A stretch of DNA of 64,000 bases, from NCBI GenBank assembly GCA_030651765.1, contig JAUSBY010000015.1:74043-138042 (forward strand). Reading direction: 5' to 3'. This stretch comes from Coriobacteriia bacterium (GTDB lineage Bacteria; Actinomycetota; Coriobacteriia; Anaerosomatales; Anaerosomataceae). This document shows positions 32,685 to 42,413 of this stretch, piece after piece (the stretch's first letter is position 1; each line of letters starts with the position of its first letter). Below the pieces are notes generated by a model. That model ran no database searches, had not been told where the DNA came from, and worked only from the letters and a program-made list of their open reading frames with translations. The position numbers and the translations under genes are program-made.

Positions 32685-34883
32685 TCACACCCCGGCAGCA
32701 CCTTCCAGCGCGGCCACTTTGCGCTTGACCTCCGCGAAGTACGACGTCGACACCCCGACCGCGTCGTAGCCGAGACGCACCAGTTCGGGCAGCAGTCGCT
32801 CGTCGCGTGCGCTCTCGCCTGCCGCGAGGCAGAACACGCCGTGTGCGCGGCACGCGGCCGCCACGCCTCCAAGCAGCTCGATGACCGCCGGATGCGACGG
32901 GTCGAAGAGCCCTGCCACGTGCCTGCTCTCGCGGTCGAGCGCGAGCGTGCACATCGTGAGGTCGGAAAGGCCCACGCTCACAAAGCGCGCGCCGAGTCCG
33001 AGCAGTTCGTCGATGCGCATCGCGGTTGCTGGTGTCTCCACCGACACGCCGAGGGCTACGTCCGCGTCGGGCGTGAGGCCATGCTCGCGAAGCGCGACCT
33101 CCGCAGCGATGTACTCGGCCGGGAAGCGCAGGAACGGCAGCTTGACGCCGAGTGTGGCGCAACCCGCCTCGACGGCCCGCGCCACCGCTGCGAGTTCGAT
33201 CGAGAAGAGCTCCGGCTCGGCGAGCGAGCGACCGATGCCGCGCCAGCCGAGGAGCGGGTTGCGCTCGGCGGGCTCGTCGTGGCCGCCCGCCAGACGGCGG
33301 AACTCGTCGGTGGGCGCGTCCATCGTCTTGTACCAGACCGGCTTGCCGTCGAAGAGCTCGGCGCAGCGCATGATGCCGTGGAAGATGGCTTCGGTGAGCT
33401 CAGCGCCCTGGCCGTCGCGCACGAGCTGCCCGGGGTGCACGCCGCCCTCGAGCAGGAAGTAGTCATCCCGAAGCGAGCTTACGCCGTCGGCGTGCCCGGC
33501 CACCACGGCCGCGCGCTCGGGCACGAGCACCGAGACGAAGACTTTCATGCGCGTCTCGGGCATCGACCCCGGCTCGAGCGGCGCGATCGACAGGTCGCCG
33601 TCGTAGACCACGCCGCGGAAGCCGTCCACCGTGACCGCGCGGCCATCGGCCAGATCGGCGGTGGCCGAGCCGGCGCCGATGACGCACGGCACGCCGAACT
33701 CGCGCAGGATGTTGGCGCCGTGACTGGTCGCACCGCCCTCGTCGGCCACCACGCCCGCGGCGTTGCGGAGGTGCACCGCGAGATCGTTGGTGAGCCGGGG
33801 GAGCACGACCACCGTCGAGCCGTCCACGCGCGGGGCAGCCGATGCGCCGGAGAGCACGAGCGTTCGGCCGGCGCCCACGGCCGGGCTCACGCCGATGCCG
33901 CGCACGAGTACCGTGTGCTCGGCGATCTGCGGGAAGATCCGCTCGGTTGCCTGCGCGAACACGAGCGGTCGCGACTGCAGGAGCCAGAACCTGCCATCGG
34001 CAAACGCCCACTCGAGATCTTGCGGCGTGCCGAAGCGCTGCTCCGCTTCGCGCCCCCACGCCGCGAGCAGCGCGACCTCCTCCTCGGTCAGGCGCGGTTC
34101 GGCCTCGGGCTCGAGCTCGGCGGAAAGCGGGGAGGCAGGCCCGTCGGTGACGCCCTCGCCGGACATGCGCGTGACCGTGACGCGCCGCGACGCGAACGAA
34201 TAGCGGTACCTCTCGGGCGTGGCCTCGCCGGAGACGAGGTCCTCGCCGGCGCCGCGGATCGCCTCGATCACCACCGCTGAGGAGTAGCGGTTGGCCGGGT
34301 CGCGGCTGAAGATGAGCCCCGACTGTTCGGCTGCTATCTGCCGCTGCACGACCACGGCCACCAGGAGTTCGTCGGGGGCGTGGCCCTTCTCGGACGAGTA
34401 GCGCGCTGCGCGTGGCAGGAACGCCGAGGCCCAGCAGCGCTGGAGTGCACCGATAACGCCGTCGGCAGACGTGATGCCGGTGTACGACTCGAGCATGCCC
34501 GAGAAGCTCGTAGTGGCCGAGTCTTCGAGCGTGGCCGAGCTGCGCACCACGAGCGTGCCACCGCCGCCGAGCAGCCGGATCGCTGCGTCGCGGAGCGTGC
34601 CTTCGAGTTCTGCGGGCAGCTGCGCGCGACTGAGCGCGTCGCGGGCGGTGGCGTATCGGTCCTCGAGCTCGGCCCGGGAAGTGTCCGGCGCAATCTCGCC
34701 GAGCAGGCTCGCGGCTCGAGCGGCCTCCGCGAACGCCTGCGCGGTCACGACGACGCCGTCGGGAACCGGGAAGCCGCCCGCGATGAGCGCGCAGAGTCCA
34801 GCCGCCTTGCCGCCGATCTCGGCGGCGGCGCGATCGCACGCGTTCTCGAGCGGGATGACGTGCGCCGATGTGTCGGCGGTCAT
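32685..34883 (-). CDS. PEP-utilising enzyme (PEP synthase / pyruvate phosphate dikinase-like)
   Basis: N-terminal ATP-grasp (GGKAAGLCAL), swivel phosphohistidine motif GGATSHGANILREFGVPCV, and a C-terminal PEP/pyruvate TIM-barrel domain. Confidence 0.8.
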   Translation of the reverse strand: MTADTSAHVIPLENACDRAAAEIGGKAAGLCALIAGGFPVPDGVVVTAQAFAEAARAASLLGEIAPDTSRAELEDRYATARDALSRAQLPAELEGTLRDAAIRLLGGGGTLVVRSSATLEDSATTSFSGMLESYTGITSADGVIGALQRCWASAFLPRAARYSSEKGHAPDELLVAVVVQRQIAAEQSGLIFSRDPANRYSSAVVIEAIRGAGEDLVSGEATPERYRYSFASRRVTVTRMSGEGVTDGPASPLSAELEPEAEPRLTEEEVALLAAWGREAEQRFGTPQDLEWAFADGRFWLLQSRPLVFAQATERIFPQIAEHTVLVRGIGVSPAVGAGRTLVLSGASAAPRVDGSTVVVLPRLTNDLAVHLRNAAGVVADEGGATSHGANILREFGVPCVIGAGSATADLADGRAVTVDGFRGVVYDGDLSIAPLEPGSMPETRMKVFVSVLVPERAAVVAGHADGVSSLRDDYFLLEGGVHPGQLVRDGQGAELTEAIFHGIMRCAELFDGKPVWYKTMDAPTDEFRRLAGGHDEPAERNPLLGWRGIGRSLAEPELFSIELAAVARAVEAGCATLGVKLPFLRFPAEYIAAEVALREHGLTPDADVALGVSVETPATAMRIDELLGLGARFVSVGLSDLTMCTLALDRESRHVAGLFDPSHPAVIELLGGVAAACRAHGVFCLAAGESARDERLLPELVRLGYDAVGVSTSYFAEVKRKVAALEGAAGV

Positions 34884-34982
34884 GAGGTGCCTTCCGGGGT
34901 CGGCCGGTGCCTACATGACCTCATACCCGCATCGGCCGGTGCAGCCCGCCGGGAGGACGGCGCGCGCGCGGTCGGACGTCCG

Positions 34983-35423
34983 CTACTCTTCGAAGTGCCG
35001 CTCGAAGTACACGCCGTCGGACTCGAACCCGCGCGAGCGGTACGCCGCCTGTCCGGCCTCGTTCGTCTGGCCGGTGGTCACGCCGATCTCGATGCAGCCG
35101 CGCTCGCGGGCGCGGTCGAGCGCGGCATCCAGCAGCGCGCCGCCGATCCCCTCGCCGCGGCGTCCCTCGGCAACCACGAGTTCCTGGATGAGCGCCACCG
35201 CCCGCCCGTGGAAGAGGTCGCGCATCACCCGCAGGCTGAGTACGCCGACGACGCTGCCAGCTTCCGCGGTCGCCACCAACACGTCGGTGTCCGCCTCGTC
35301 CAGATACGTCTGGACGCTCTGGGCGGTCACCGGCTCGTCGAGGCCCTCCTGCGCGCGCAGCTCTCCGATGAGCCGCGCGATCTCGGCCACATGTGCCCCG
35401 GTAGCGATCGTCACCCCGGTCAT
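34983..35423 (-). CDS. GNAT-family N-acetyltransferase
   Basis: Acetyl-CoA motif A LVVAEGRRGEGIGGALLDAAL. The ATG overlaps the lgt stop (ATGA). Confidence 0.8.
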   Translation of the reverse strand: MTGVTIATGAHVAEIARLIGELRAQEGLDEPVTAQSVQTYLDEADTDVLVATAEAGSVVGVLSLRVMRDLFHGRAVALIQELVVAEGRRGEGIGGALLDAALDRARERGCIEIGVTTGQTNEAGQAAYRSRGFESDGVYFERHFEE

Positions 35424-36319
35424 CTGACGCCTCCGGTCTCGTGCGCGGGTGTTGGTTCCGGCAGTGGCGACGTCGGCGGGCCGGCGTGCGCCCGGGCGAG
35501 TCCGGCACCGCCCTCTCGCGCTCGCCACACCAGCAGTGCGATCATGACGGCCACGAGTGCAAGATAGAACGCCGGGTAGAACCACTCGGGTACCGTGAGC
35601 ACGCTCTGTCGCGCCCGCACAAAGCCGTTGCCGAGCCGAACGAGCGTGAAGCCGATGGCAAAGGCGAGGAACGGCACGCCGTCGGCGGCTTTGCGCCGCA
35701 TGAGCCACAGGGCCCCGGCAGCAAGGAGTACCGCGCCGGCCATCTCGTAGAGTTGCGTGGGGTGCACCGGGTCCACCACGCCGGTGAGGCTGTTCATGAG
35801 GCCGCCCGTGCCCTGCAGGAACTGCGCTTGCCACACCGGACTGCCCGCCGGGTACGACACGGCCCAGGCCAGGTCGGTCGGCAGGCCGTAGCAGCAGCCG
35901 TTGAGGAAGCAGCCCGTGCGCATGAGAACAACGCCGACGGCGAGCGCAGGAACGGCCGAGTCGGCGATGCGCCACACCGGCAACCGCCAGGCGCGTGCGA
36001 GCGCGATGCCCGTGATCGTCGCCACCACGAGTCCGCCGTAAAGCGAGAACCCGGCGAAGTCCGCCGCCCAGATGCGCGAGGGATCCTCGGCATAGTAGCG
36101 CCCGGCGATGAACAGGTCGAAAGCCCGCGCGCCGACGATCCCACTCGCCAGTGCGACGGCGAAGAGCGCGAGCACCCGGCGGAACGGCAGGCCGCGCCGC
36201 GATGCGACCCAAGCGCCTGCGAGCGGCGCGATCACCCACGCGAGCGTGTAGAACGTGCCGTACGCGCGCAGCACGTACTCGGCCTCGCCGAGCGTGAAGC
36301 GGGCGAGGATCGGGTTCAC
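35420..36319 (-). CDS. lgt: prolipoprotein diacylglyceryl transferase
   Basis: Polytopic membrane protein with the HPTQLYE signature (VHPTQLYEMAGAVLL) and an Lgt-like N-terminus. Confidence 0.85.
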   Translation of the reverse strand: MNPILARFTLGEAEYVLRAYGTFYTLAWVIAPLAGAWVASRRGLPFRRVLALFAVALASGIVGARAFDLFIAGRYYAEDPSRIWAADFAGFSLYGGLVVATITGIALARAWRLPVWRIADSAVPALAVGVVLMRTGCFLNGCCYGLPTDLAWAVSYPAGSPVWQAQFLQGTGGLMNSLTGVVDPVHPTQLYEMAGAVLLAAGALWLMRRKAADGVPFLAFAIGFTLVRLGNGFVRARQSVLTVPEWFYPAFYLALVAVMIALLVWRAREGGAGLARAHAGPPTSPLPEPTPAHETGGVR

Positions 36320-38883
36320 GGGGTCGGTAGCGGTTTTGACAGGCTGAATGCGCCGACGATCGAGATGCCGGTCTCGCTGTAGGTGAAGGTGCCGGTCATC
36401 GTGAGGGTGTCGCCCGAGCGTGCGACCTCGGCGGACATTGCGCCGCCGCCGGACATGCCAAACGTGACGGTGGTGCCGCTGTAGCTCACGGTGATGTCGC
36501 TCGGTTCGCTGCTGGCGTCCTCGATGACCGAGCCGACGTCGATGAACATGGAGCCACTACCCTGGCCGTCCTCGCCTACGGCGAGGTCCAGCGTCATCGG
36601 CATGGGCGTGCCGATCATCGCCTGCAGGATCGCGGCCGTGCACCCCTGCTCCTCGGCCATCTCAGGATCGACATCCATGGACGTGAAGGTGAACGTGCCG
36701 TCCCAGTGCCCGCTGATGTCGAACTCCTCGATGGTGATGAGGCTGGCCGCGCCCGAGTCCAGGCGGGTGACCTTGATCGTGCCCTTGTCGTCGGGAAGCG
36801 TGACGGCCCACTCCACCTCACCCGCGCCGGCAAGCGACTGCTCGGTTGCGCCGCCGATGGCCGAGTTCTCCGCCACGACCTCTATCTTGAGGTTCGCGCC
36901 CTTCTCGCCGGTCGCCTCCACGATACCCTTGACCTGGTATTCACCCGCCGCGCCGGTGATGGCCACCGCATCGACGACGCCGAGCTTGGCAAGCGTCTCC
37001 TCGTCGAACGGCGCAAGGCCTTTAGCCGAGCGCAGGTCGTTGATGACGCGGAGCACCGCCTGGTCGATCGCGAGGACGCCCGCGCCCATCTCCGGCGGCA
37101 CGAGCTGCGACTGCGCGTTCGGATCGGCGGAGATCGCCGCCACGCCCGGCCGTGCGGTCTCCACGAGGATCTGCTTGATCTGGGCGGCTGTGAGCTCGGG
37201 ATTGAGCGACTTGAGCATGGCCGCCGCGGCCGTCACGTGCGGCGCGGCGAAGCTCGTGCCATCGGCGCGGATCGGCTTGCCGTCGGCATCCACTCCCACT
37301 ACGGCCTGCGTGCCGGGCGCGGCAAGCGTGACTTCGTAGTCATCGCTCGCCCAGTCGGTGTAGGTCGACTGCTTCCCGTCGTTGTCCAGCGCGCCGACGG
37401 TGATCATGTTGTCGAGCTTGAGTCCGCTCGGGTAGCGTTTGGCGCCGTCCATCTCCTTGCCGCCGTTGCCGCCTGACATCACGAACAGCACGTCGGGGTG
37501 TTTCTCGGCCATCTTGGTGAAGAAGCGGGTGTACGTGGCCACGTCCTTGGGGTGTGCGTTGGAGTTGCCCCACGAGCAGTTGATGACCTTGGCGCCCTTC
37601 TCGATCTGGTTCGTGATCGCTACGAGCGTGCCGATCGAGTAGGTGTTGCCCGGACTCCAGTCCTGCTTGGTGACGTCGTCCGGATCCGGCGTGGTGGTGG
37701 TGTCGCCGTACTTGCCCGCGAAGATGTTCGTCATCGAGATGGTGAGCTTGTTGCCGAGCGGCCCCGCGATCCCGGCGGATCCGCCGTTGTCCGGGTTGGC
37801 GCCGATGATGGTGCTCACGGCCGTTCCGTGACTGCCGTAGGGCGTCGTCTTGCCGTCCTTCACGTACGCCTGGGCGAGTTCGCCAGCCTCGGCGTCGGGG
37901 AACTCGACCTTCACGTCACCCTTGAACTCGCTCTCGCTGCCCTCGCCGGGCCGGAACAGCCCGTCGTCCGTGACGCCCACCTTGACGTCGCTCAGGTCCA
38001 CGCCCGCGCCCTTGATGAACGCCCACGCCTTGCTCACGCCGACCGCGTTGTAGCCGTCGCCGGCGCCGCCGCCGTAGACCGGGTCCGCGAACGGGTCGAT
38101 GCGCACGCCCCAGATCTCGGCGTCGAGCGTCACCTGCGTGATCGGGTACGCGTACTCGACGTTGGCGTCGGTCTCGGCGGCCGCGATCGCGGCGTCGAGG
38201 TCGGCTTCGGTCGCGCCGGTGAACCGCACCTGGTACAGGTCGATGAACTCGACCTCGCCGACGATCGTCCCGCCAAAGGAGGATGCTGCCTTCTCGGCAT
38301 CCTTGCGCGAGGCGCCGTCGACCATCACCATCAGGAGTTCGTTGGCGGGAACCTGGCCCCACTCGGTGCTGACGAGCGCCGCCGAGTCGGGGAGCGTGGT
38401 GTCGGCGGTGCCCATGGTCGGGCCGTCGCCGCCGCCGCCGCCGCCGAGCAGGCCGTCGCTCCCGTCGCGGAAGAACAGCGCCCATACGCCGAGCCCGCAC
38501 GCGATGAACGCGATGATGAGGGCGATCGCGATGCCGACGATCAGGCCGCGCTTCTTCTTCGGCGGCGTGGCGGAAGGACCGCCTGCCGGAGGCACGTACG
38601 CGGGCGCGGGCTGCTGCAGGGCAGGGCCGGGCGTCGCCTGCGGCTGGGGGGCTGGTGCCGGATGCGGCTGCGGTTGAGAAGCGGTCGCCGGGAACAGCCC
38701 GGGGATCTGGCTCGCCTGCTGCCAGTCGGGGCGCGTCTCGTGCCAGACGAGGTTGTGCGGCATGAGCCGCCCGTCGCGTGAGAACGCCACCAGCTCGGCC
38801 CATGCGTACGGCCCGCGCTGCCACTCGGCCGTGCCGTCGTGTCCCCGTACGTGCCAGCCGTTCGACGTGTCCGTGACTGCCAT
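36316..38883 (-). CDS. membrane-anchored S8 subtilisin-like serine protease with N-terminal GYF_2-like domain
   Basis: GYF-like module (GPYAWAELVAFSRDGRLMPHNLVWHETRPDWQQASQIPGLF), Pro-rich linker, TM helix (LIVGIAIALIIAFIACGLGVWALFF). S8 triad: VGVTDDG, HGTAVSTIIGA, GTSFAAPHVTAAAAML. Confidence 0.85.
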   Translation of the reverse strand: MAVTDTSNGWHVRGHDGTAEWQRGPYAWAELVAFSRDGRLMPHNLVWHETRPDWQQASQIPGLFPATASQPQPHPAPAPQPQATPGPALQQPAPAYVPPAGGPSATPPKKKRGLIVGIAIALIIAFIACGLGVWALFFRDGSDGLLGGGGGGDGPTMGTADTTLPDSAALVSTEWGQVPANELLMVMVDGASRKDAEKAASSFGGTIVGEVEFIDLYQVRFTGATEADLDAAIAAAETDANVEYAYPITQVTLDAEIWGVRIDPFADPVYGGGAGDGYNAVGVSKAWAFIKGAGVDLSDVKVGVTDDGLFRPGEGSESEFKGDVKVEFPDAEAGELAQAYVKDGKTTPYGSHGTAVSTIIGANPDNGGSAGIAGPLGNKLTISMTNIFAGKYGDTTTTPDPDDVTKQDWSPGNTYSIGTLVAITNQIEKGAKVINCSWGNSNAHPKDVATYTRFFTKMAEKHPDVLFVMSGGNGGKEMDGAKRYPSGLKLDNMITVGALDNDGKQSTYTDWASDDYEVTLAAPGTQAVVGVDADGKPIRADGTSFAAPHVTAAAAMLKSLNPELTAAQIKQILVETARPGVAAISADPNAQSQLVPPEMGAGVLAIDQAVLRVINDLRSAKGLAPFDEETLAKLGVVDAVAITGAAGEYQVKGIVEATGEKGANLKIEVVAENSAIGGATEQSLAGAGEVEWAVTLPDDKGTIKVTRLDSGAASLITIEEFDISGHWDGTFTFTSMDVDPEMAEEQGCTAAILQAMIGTPMPMTLDLAVGEDGQGSGSMFIDVGSVIEDASSEPSDITVSYSGTTVTFGMSGGGAMSAEVARSGDTLTMTGTFTYSETGISIVGAFSLSKPLPTP

Positions 38884-39049
38884 CGATTGCCTCCCCCGTG
38901 TCGCGTGACCTGCAGGCGCGGCGCATCCCCTGTGCCCGCCGGAGGGCAGCGTGCGCGCCTCGCCCCAATCGTAGCCGAGCATGGCCGCCCCTCAAAGGGG
39001 TTATGTCGGGACTCACATCCATGTCAGACCGGTCGGCTACACTCCATCT

Positions 39050-40549
39050 ATGAGTAGGAACCTGTCAAAGTCGCGCTTCCAGAAGGGCCTCCAGTGCGAG
39101 AAGGCCCTGTGGCTCGCGGTGCACCGGCCGAGCCTCGCACCCCAGGCCGGTGAGGCGCTGCAGTGGGTCTTCGACCAGGGCACGGAGGTGGGCCGGCTCG
39201 CGCAGCAGCTCTTCCCCGGTGGCGTCGAGGTCACCGAGGGCCATCGCCAGTCTGCCGAGGCACTAGCCACCACCCGGCGGCTGCTGGCCGGGGGCGCCCG
39301 GGTCCTGTACGAGCCGGCCTTCGGGTATGGCGGGGCGTTCGCCCGGGTGGACATACTGGCTGCGGCCGAGGACGGGCGCTGGGACCTCTACGAGGTCAAG
39401 TCCACGGCACGGGTCAAGGACGAGCACATCACCGATGCGGCGGTACAGGCGTATGCGGTGGAGGGCTCGGGTCTCGCGCTCCGCTCCATCAACATCGTGC
39501 ATCTGGACACCTCGTACGTGTACGAGGGCGGGGAGTACGAGCTCGGCACGTTGTTCGTGGTGGCCGACGTCACTGAACGAGCGCGTGCGTACCTGCCGGA
39601 GGTCCCCGGTCACCTCGTCCGCCTCCTGGCGATGCTCGATGGTCCGGAGCCCGAGGTGCGGATCGGCTCGGCGTGCACCAGCCCGTACGAGTGTGACTTC
39701 CGGGCGTACTGCGGCGCGTTCCTGCCTGCCGAGCACCCGGTCACCGAGGTTCCGCGCCTGTCCGAGGCCCGGCTGCACGCGCTACTCGATGCTGGGATCA
39801 CCTGTACGGCCGACATCCCCGATGACTTCCCCGGCCTGTCGGCTGCGCAGCGCGAGATGGTTGCCACCGTCAAGGCGGGGGAGCCGAGGGTGGATGTAGC
39901 GGGGCTTGCGCGCGCCCTCGACGCTCTCGTCTGGCCTGTCGTTCACCTTGACTTCGAGACGATCGCTCCCGCGCTGCCACTGTGGCCGGGGACGCGCCCG
40001 TACCATGCGGTCCCGTTCCAGTACTCGCTGCACGTCCATGACAGGGACGGAAGCGTCGAGCATCGCGAGTACCTGCATTCCGGCGCCGGCGATCCCCGCC
40101 GCCCGCTGACCGAGCAGCTGCTGGCCGATCTCGGCACGAGCGGCTCGGTGCTCCATTACACCGCCTACGAGCGCACGCAGCTCGACGCGCTGGCCGCCGC
40201 GCTTCCGGACCTTGCAGACCAGCTCTCTGCCGTGAGGGGGCGTCTCGTCGATCTCGCGCCTCTCATAAGCGCCAACACTCGGCATCCGCGTGCCGCGGGC
40301 CGCTCGAGCATCAAGTACGTGCTACCGGCGTGGCGGCCGGACCTCGGCTATGCGGACCTGAGCATCGCCGACGGGCAGGTGGCGAGCGCGCGCTACCTGC
40401 GCGTGCTGCGCGGCGAGATCACGGGCGCTGACGCGGAAGCCGTCATGTGCGACCTCCGTACGTACTGCGGGCTCGATACGTACGCGATGGTCTGCCTCCT
40501 CGAGGAGATGCTGCGCCTCGCCGGCGCGGCCGAAGAGAATCGGGACTGA
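39050..40549 (+). CDS. DUF2779-like protein (Cas4/RecB-like PD-(D/E)xK N-domain)
   Basis: LSKSRFQKGLQCEKALWL start and RVDIL....WDLYEVKSTARVKDEHITDAAVQAY nuclease-like core. I recognise this as the DUF2779 pattern from memory. Confidence 0.65.
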   Translation: MSRNLSKSRFQKGLQCEKALWLAVHRPSLAPQAGEALQWVFDQGTEVGRLAQQLFPGGVEVTEGHRQSAEALATTRRLLAGGARVLYEPAFGYGGAFARVDILAAAEDGRWDLYEVKSTARVKDEHITDAAVQAYAVEGSGLALRSINIVHLDTSYVYEGGEYELGTLFVVADVTERARAYLPEVPGHLVRLLAMLDGPEPEVRIGSACTSPYECDFRAYCGAFLPAEHPVTEVPRLSEARLHALLDAGITCTADIPDDFPGLSAAQREMVATVKAGEPRVDVAGLARALDALVWPVVHLDFETIAPALPLWPGTRPYHAVPFQYSLHVHDRDGSVEHREYLHSGAGDPRRPLTEQLLADLGTSGSVLHYTAYERTQLDALAAALPDLADQLSAVRGRLVDLAPLISANTRHPRAAGRSSIKYVLPAWRPDLGYADLSIADGQVASARYLRVLRGEITGADAEAVMCDLRTYCGLDTYAMVCLLEEMLRLAGAAEENRD

Positions 40550-40590
40550 TCGCGGGCGCGCGCCAGGTGCGTACTGCTATCCTCGAACGC

Positions 40591-41031
40591 ATGGACACCA
40601 CTCCGTTCTGGCGCCATCACACCGCATCGATCGTTATCGGGCTGCTGAACGTCTTCGCGATCGGGCTCGGGATGGGCGTGCCGATTCTCGCGATCGCGCT
40701 CGGGTTCCCGGTCGGCTGGTGGTTCGCCACGCGGCACGGCGCGGGCCCGATCGCCCGCGCGACGCTTCGGCAGATCGTTCTCGCCGCCGTGGGACTCGCC
40801 GGGTCGAGCCTCGTGGTGCTCGCGGTCATCTGGGGGCCGCAGGTGCCAAACGCCTTCGATCCCGCGTTCGATGCCGCGGCGTTCGGCATCCCGCTGATCT
40901 TGTACGGATCGCAGGCGTCGATGATCGGCTGGCTCGTGCTCATGATGCTCGTGTCGCCGTTCCTGCAGTTCCTGGCGATGGTGGCGGCCGGAACGGTCGG
41001 ACTCGTCGCGCGGCCTAGCGATGAGGACTGA
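40591..41031 (+). CDS. hypothetical integral membrane protein
   Basis: Four predicted hydrophobic helices. No motif recognised. Confidence 0.55.
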   Translation: MDTTPFWRHHTASIVIGLLNVFAIGLGMGVPILAIALGFPVGWWFATRHGAGPIARATLRQIVLAAVGLAGSSLVVLAVIWGPQVPNAFDPAFDAAAFGIPLILYGSQASMIGWLVLMMLVSPFLQFLAMVAAGTVGLVARPSDED

Positions 41032-41043
41032 CGCGCCTGCCGT

Positions 41044-42372
41044 TCAGCTGGCCTTCGCGCGCGTCCGTCGCGTGAGCGCGTAGCCGGCTCCGCCAAGTAC
41101 CCCGAGCCCGGCAACCGCGCCGATCAGCCATCCCAGCCCGAGTCCGGTGTCCTGGTCCGGTTCGGCGGTCTCTGCCTCGTCCGCAGCAGGCGGGTCGGCG
41201 GGTTCGTCCACACTCGTCCCGGCAGTCGGCGTCGCGTCAACCGTGCTGGTGGCAGTCTCGCTGGCGGTCGGCTCGGCAGACTCCTCGGCAACCGTCACGC
41301 TCGTCGTCCAGCGCGGACGGGGCGGCGTCACCGGCGCCGACGCGTTCTCGTCCGGCGCGGCCTGCGGTTGCTCGTCCAGATCGCACCAGGCGGCCTCGAG
41401 CGTAGACGTCGGACGTTTGACCGCCATGCCGGCAACGCTGCCGTCGAAGCTCCACAGCAGCGCGTAGAGGTCGGGCGGCGTCACGTCGGAGATCACGCCA
41501 GACACGAGGTCGAGGACGTGGACCGAGCGTCGGCCAGTTCCGGACACGACGGTGTTCAGGGCCACGCGCGTGCCAGAGATGAGCGCCACGCTCACGTACG
41601 CCGGGTAGGCCGAGTACCGGCGGGTCACCTGGCCGGTGCGGGTGTCCCAGACGTAGACGTGGCTGCGATAGTCCGGCGTCTCGCCGATGACGATGACGAG
41701 CGGTCCGGAGATGTCCACGCCGAGAGGGCTGAAGCCCTCGACCCGTGCCGAGTGACTGGTCCCGGTCCTCGCGTCGAGCGTGCGGACGATCGCCGAGGTG
41801 TCGCTGTCTCGCTCGGCCCAGCACACCACGCCGCGATCGATCGACGGGCTGCAGATGGCCGACGCGTCGATGACGGTCGGCGGTGCCGCTGGCCCGGCGA
41901 GCGACGCCACGACCACCTCCCCGTCGGCGGACAGCCACGTCACGTACGTGCCGTCGGTGACGATCGGGGTGAGCGGCGACGGGGACGTCTCAATGCTGCG
42001 TCGCTCGCCGGTGGCCGGGTTCCACGACCGCACGGTTGAGGTTGAGTCTTCGCGCGTGTAGACGGCGAGGTCGCCGCCCGCGTGCAGCCACAGCAGGCCC
42101 GCGGGGCTGGCGTCGATCCGCTCACGCCGTCCCGTCACGCGGTCCAGGTACCGGCCAACGTACGGGGAGTGTGTCACCGTTCCGTCGTCGTGGAACGTCG
42201 GGCGCGCTTCTGCCCAGAAGAGATGGCGTCCGGAGGCGAAGACCTGCTCCTGATTGAGGTCGTCATCGGTCACCTGGTGGACTGTGTACGGCCACGCCGC
42301 CGCGTGCGCCACCGGCACAAGCACGAGTGCCGTCAGGCACGCCACCACGGCGACCCGGATGCGCCGTCTCAT
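41044..42372 (-). CDS. secreted repeat (beta-propeller-like) protein with C-terminal membrane anchor
   Basis: Signal peptide RRRIRVAVVACLTALVLVPVAHAAAW, repetitive beta-strand content, acidic/Thr-rich linker, and terminal TM helix WLIGAVAGLGVLGGAGYAL followed by basic residues. Confidence 0.6.
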   Translation of the reverse strand: MRRRIRVAVVACLTALVLVPVAHAAAWPYTVHQVTDDDLNQEQVFASGRHLFWAEARPTFHDDGTVTHSPYVGRYLDRVTGRRERIDASPAGLLWLHAGGDLAVYTREDSTSTVRSWNPATGERRSIETSPSPLTPIVTDGTYVTWLSADGEVVVASLAGPAAPPTVIDASAICSPSIDRGVVCWAERDSDTSAIVRTLDARTGTSHSARVEGFSPLGVDISGPLVIVIGETPDYRSHVYVWDTRTGQVTRRYSAYPAYVSVALISGTRVALNTVVSGTGRRSVHVLDLVSGVISDVTPPDLYALLWSFDGSVAGMAVKRPTSTLEAAWCDLDEQPQAAPDENASAPVTPPRPRWTTSVTVAEESAEPTASETATSTVDATPTAGTSVDEPADPPAADEAETAEPDQDTGLGLGWLIGAVAGLGVLGGAGYALTRRTRAKAS

Positions 42373-42413
42373 TGTCGCGCTGCCCATGCCCCTGCCCCCC
42401 AACGCCGAACGCC

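Noticed and set aside
32841-35567. Plus-strand ORFs of 479 and 395 aa and a minus alternate-frame ORF of 458 aa over the PEP-utilising enzyme and GNAT genes
   Set aside because: Shadow ORFs. The 732-aa minus-strand frame has the ATP-grasp, phosphohistidine and TIM-barrel motifs.
37498-39022. 427-aa plus-strand and 368-aa minus alternate-frame ORFs within the S8 protease gene
   Set aside because: They are Arg/Gly/Asp-rich with no motifs. The S8 catalytic triad is in the other frame.
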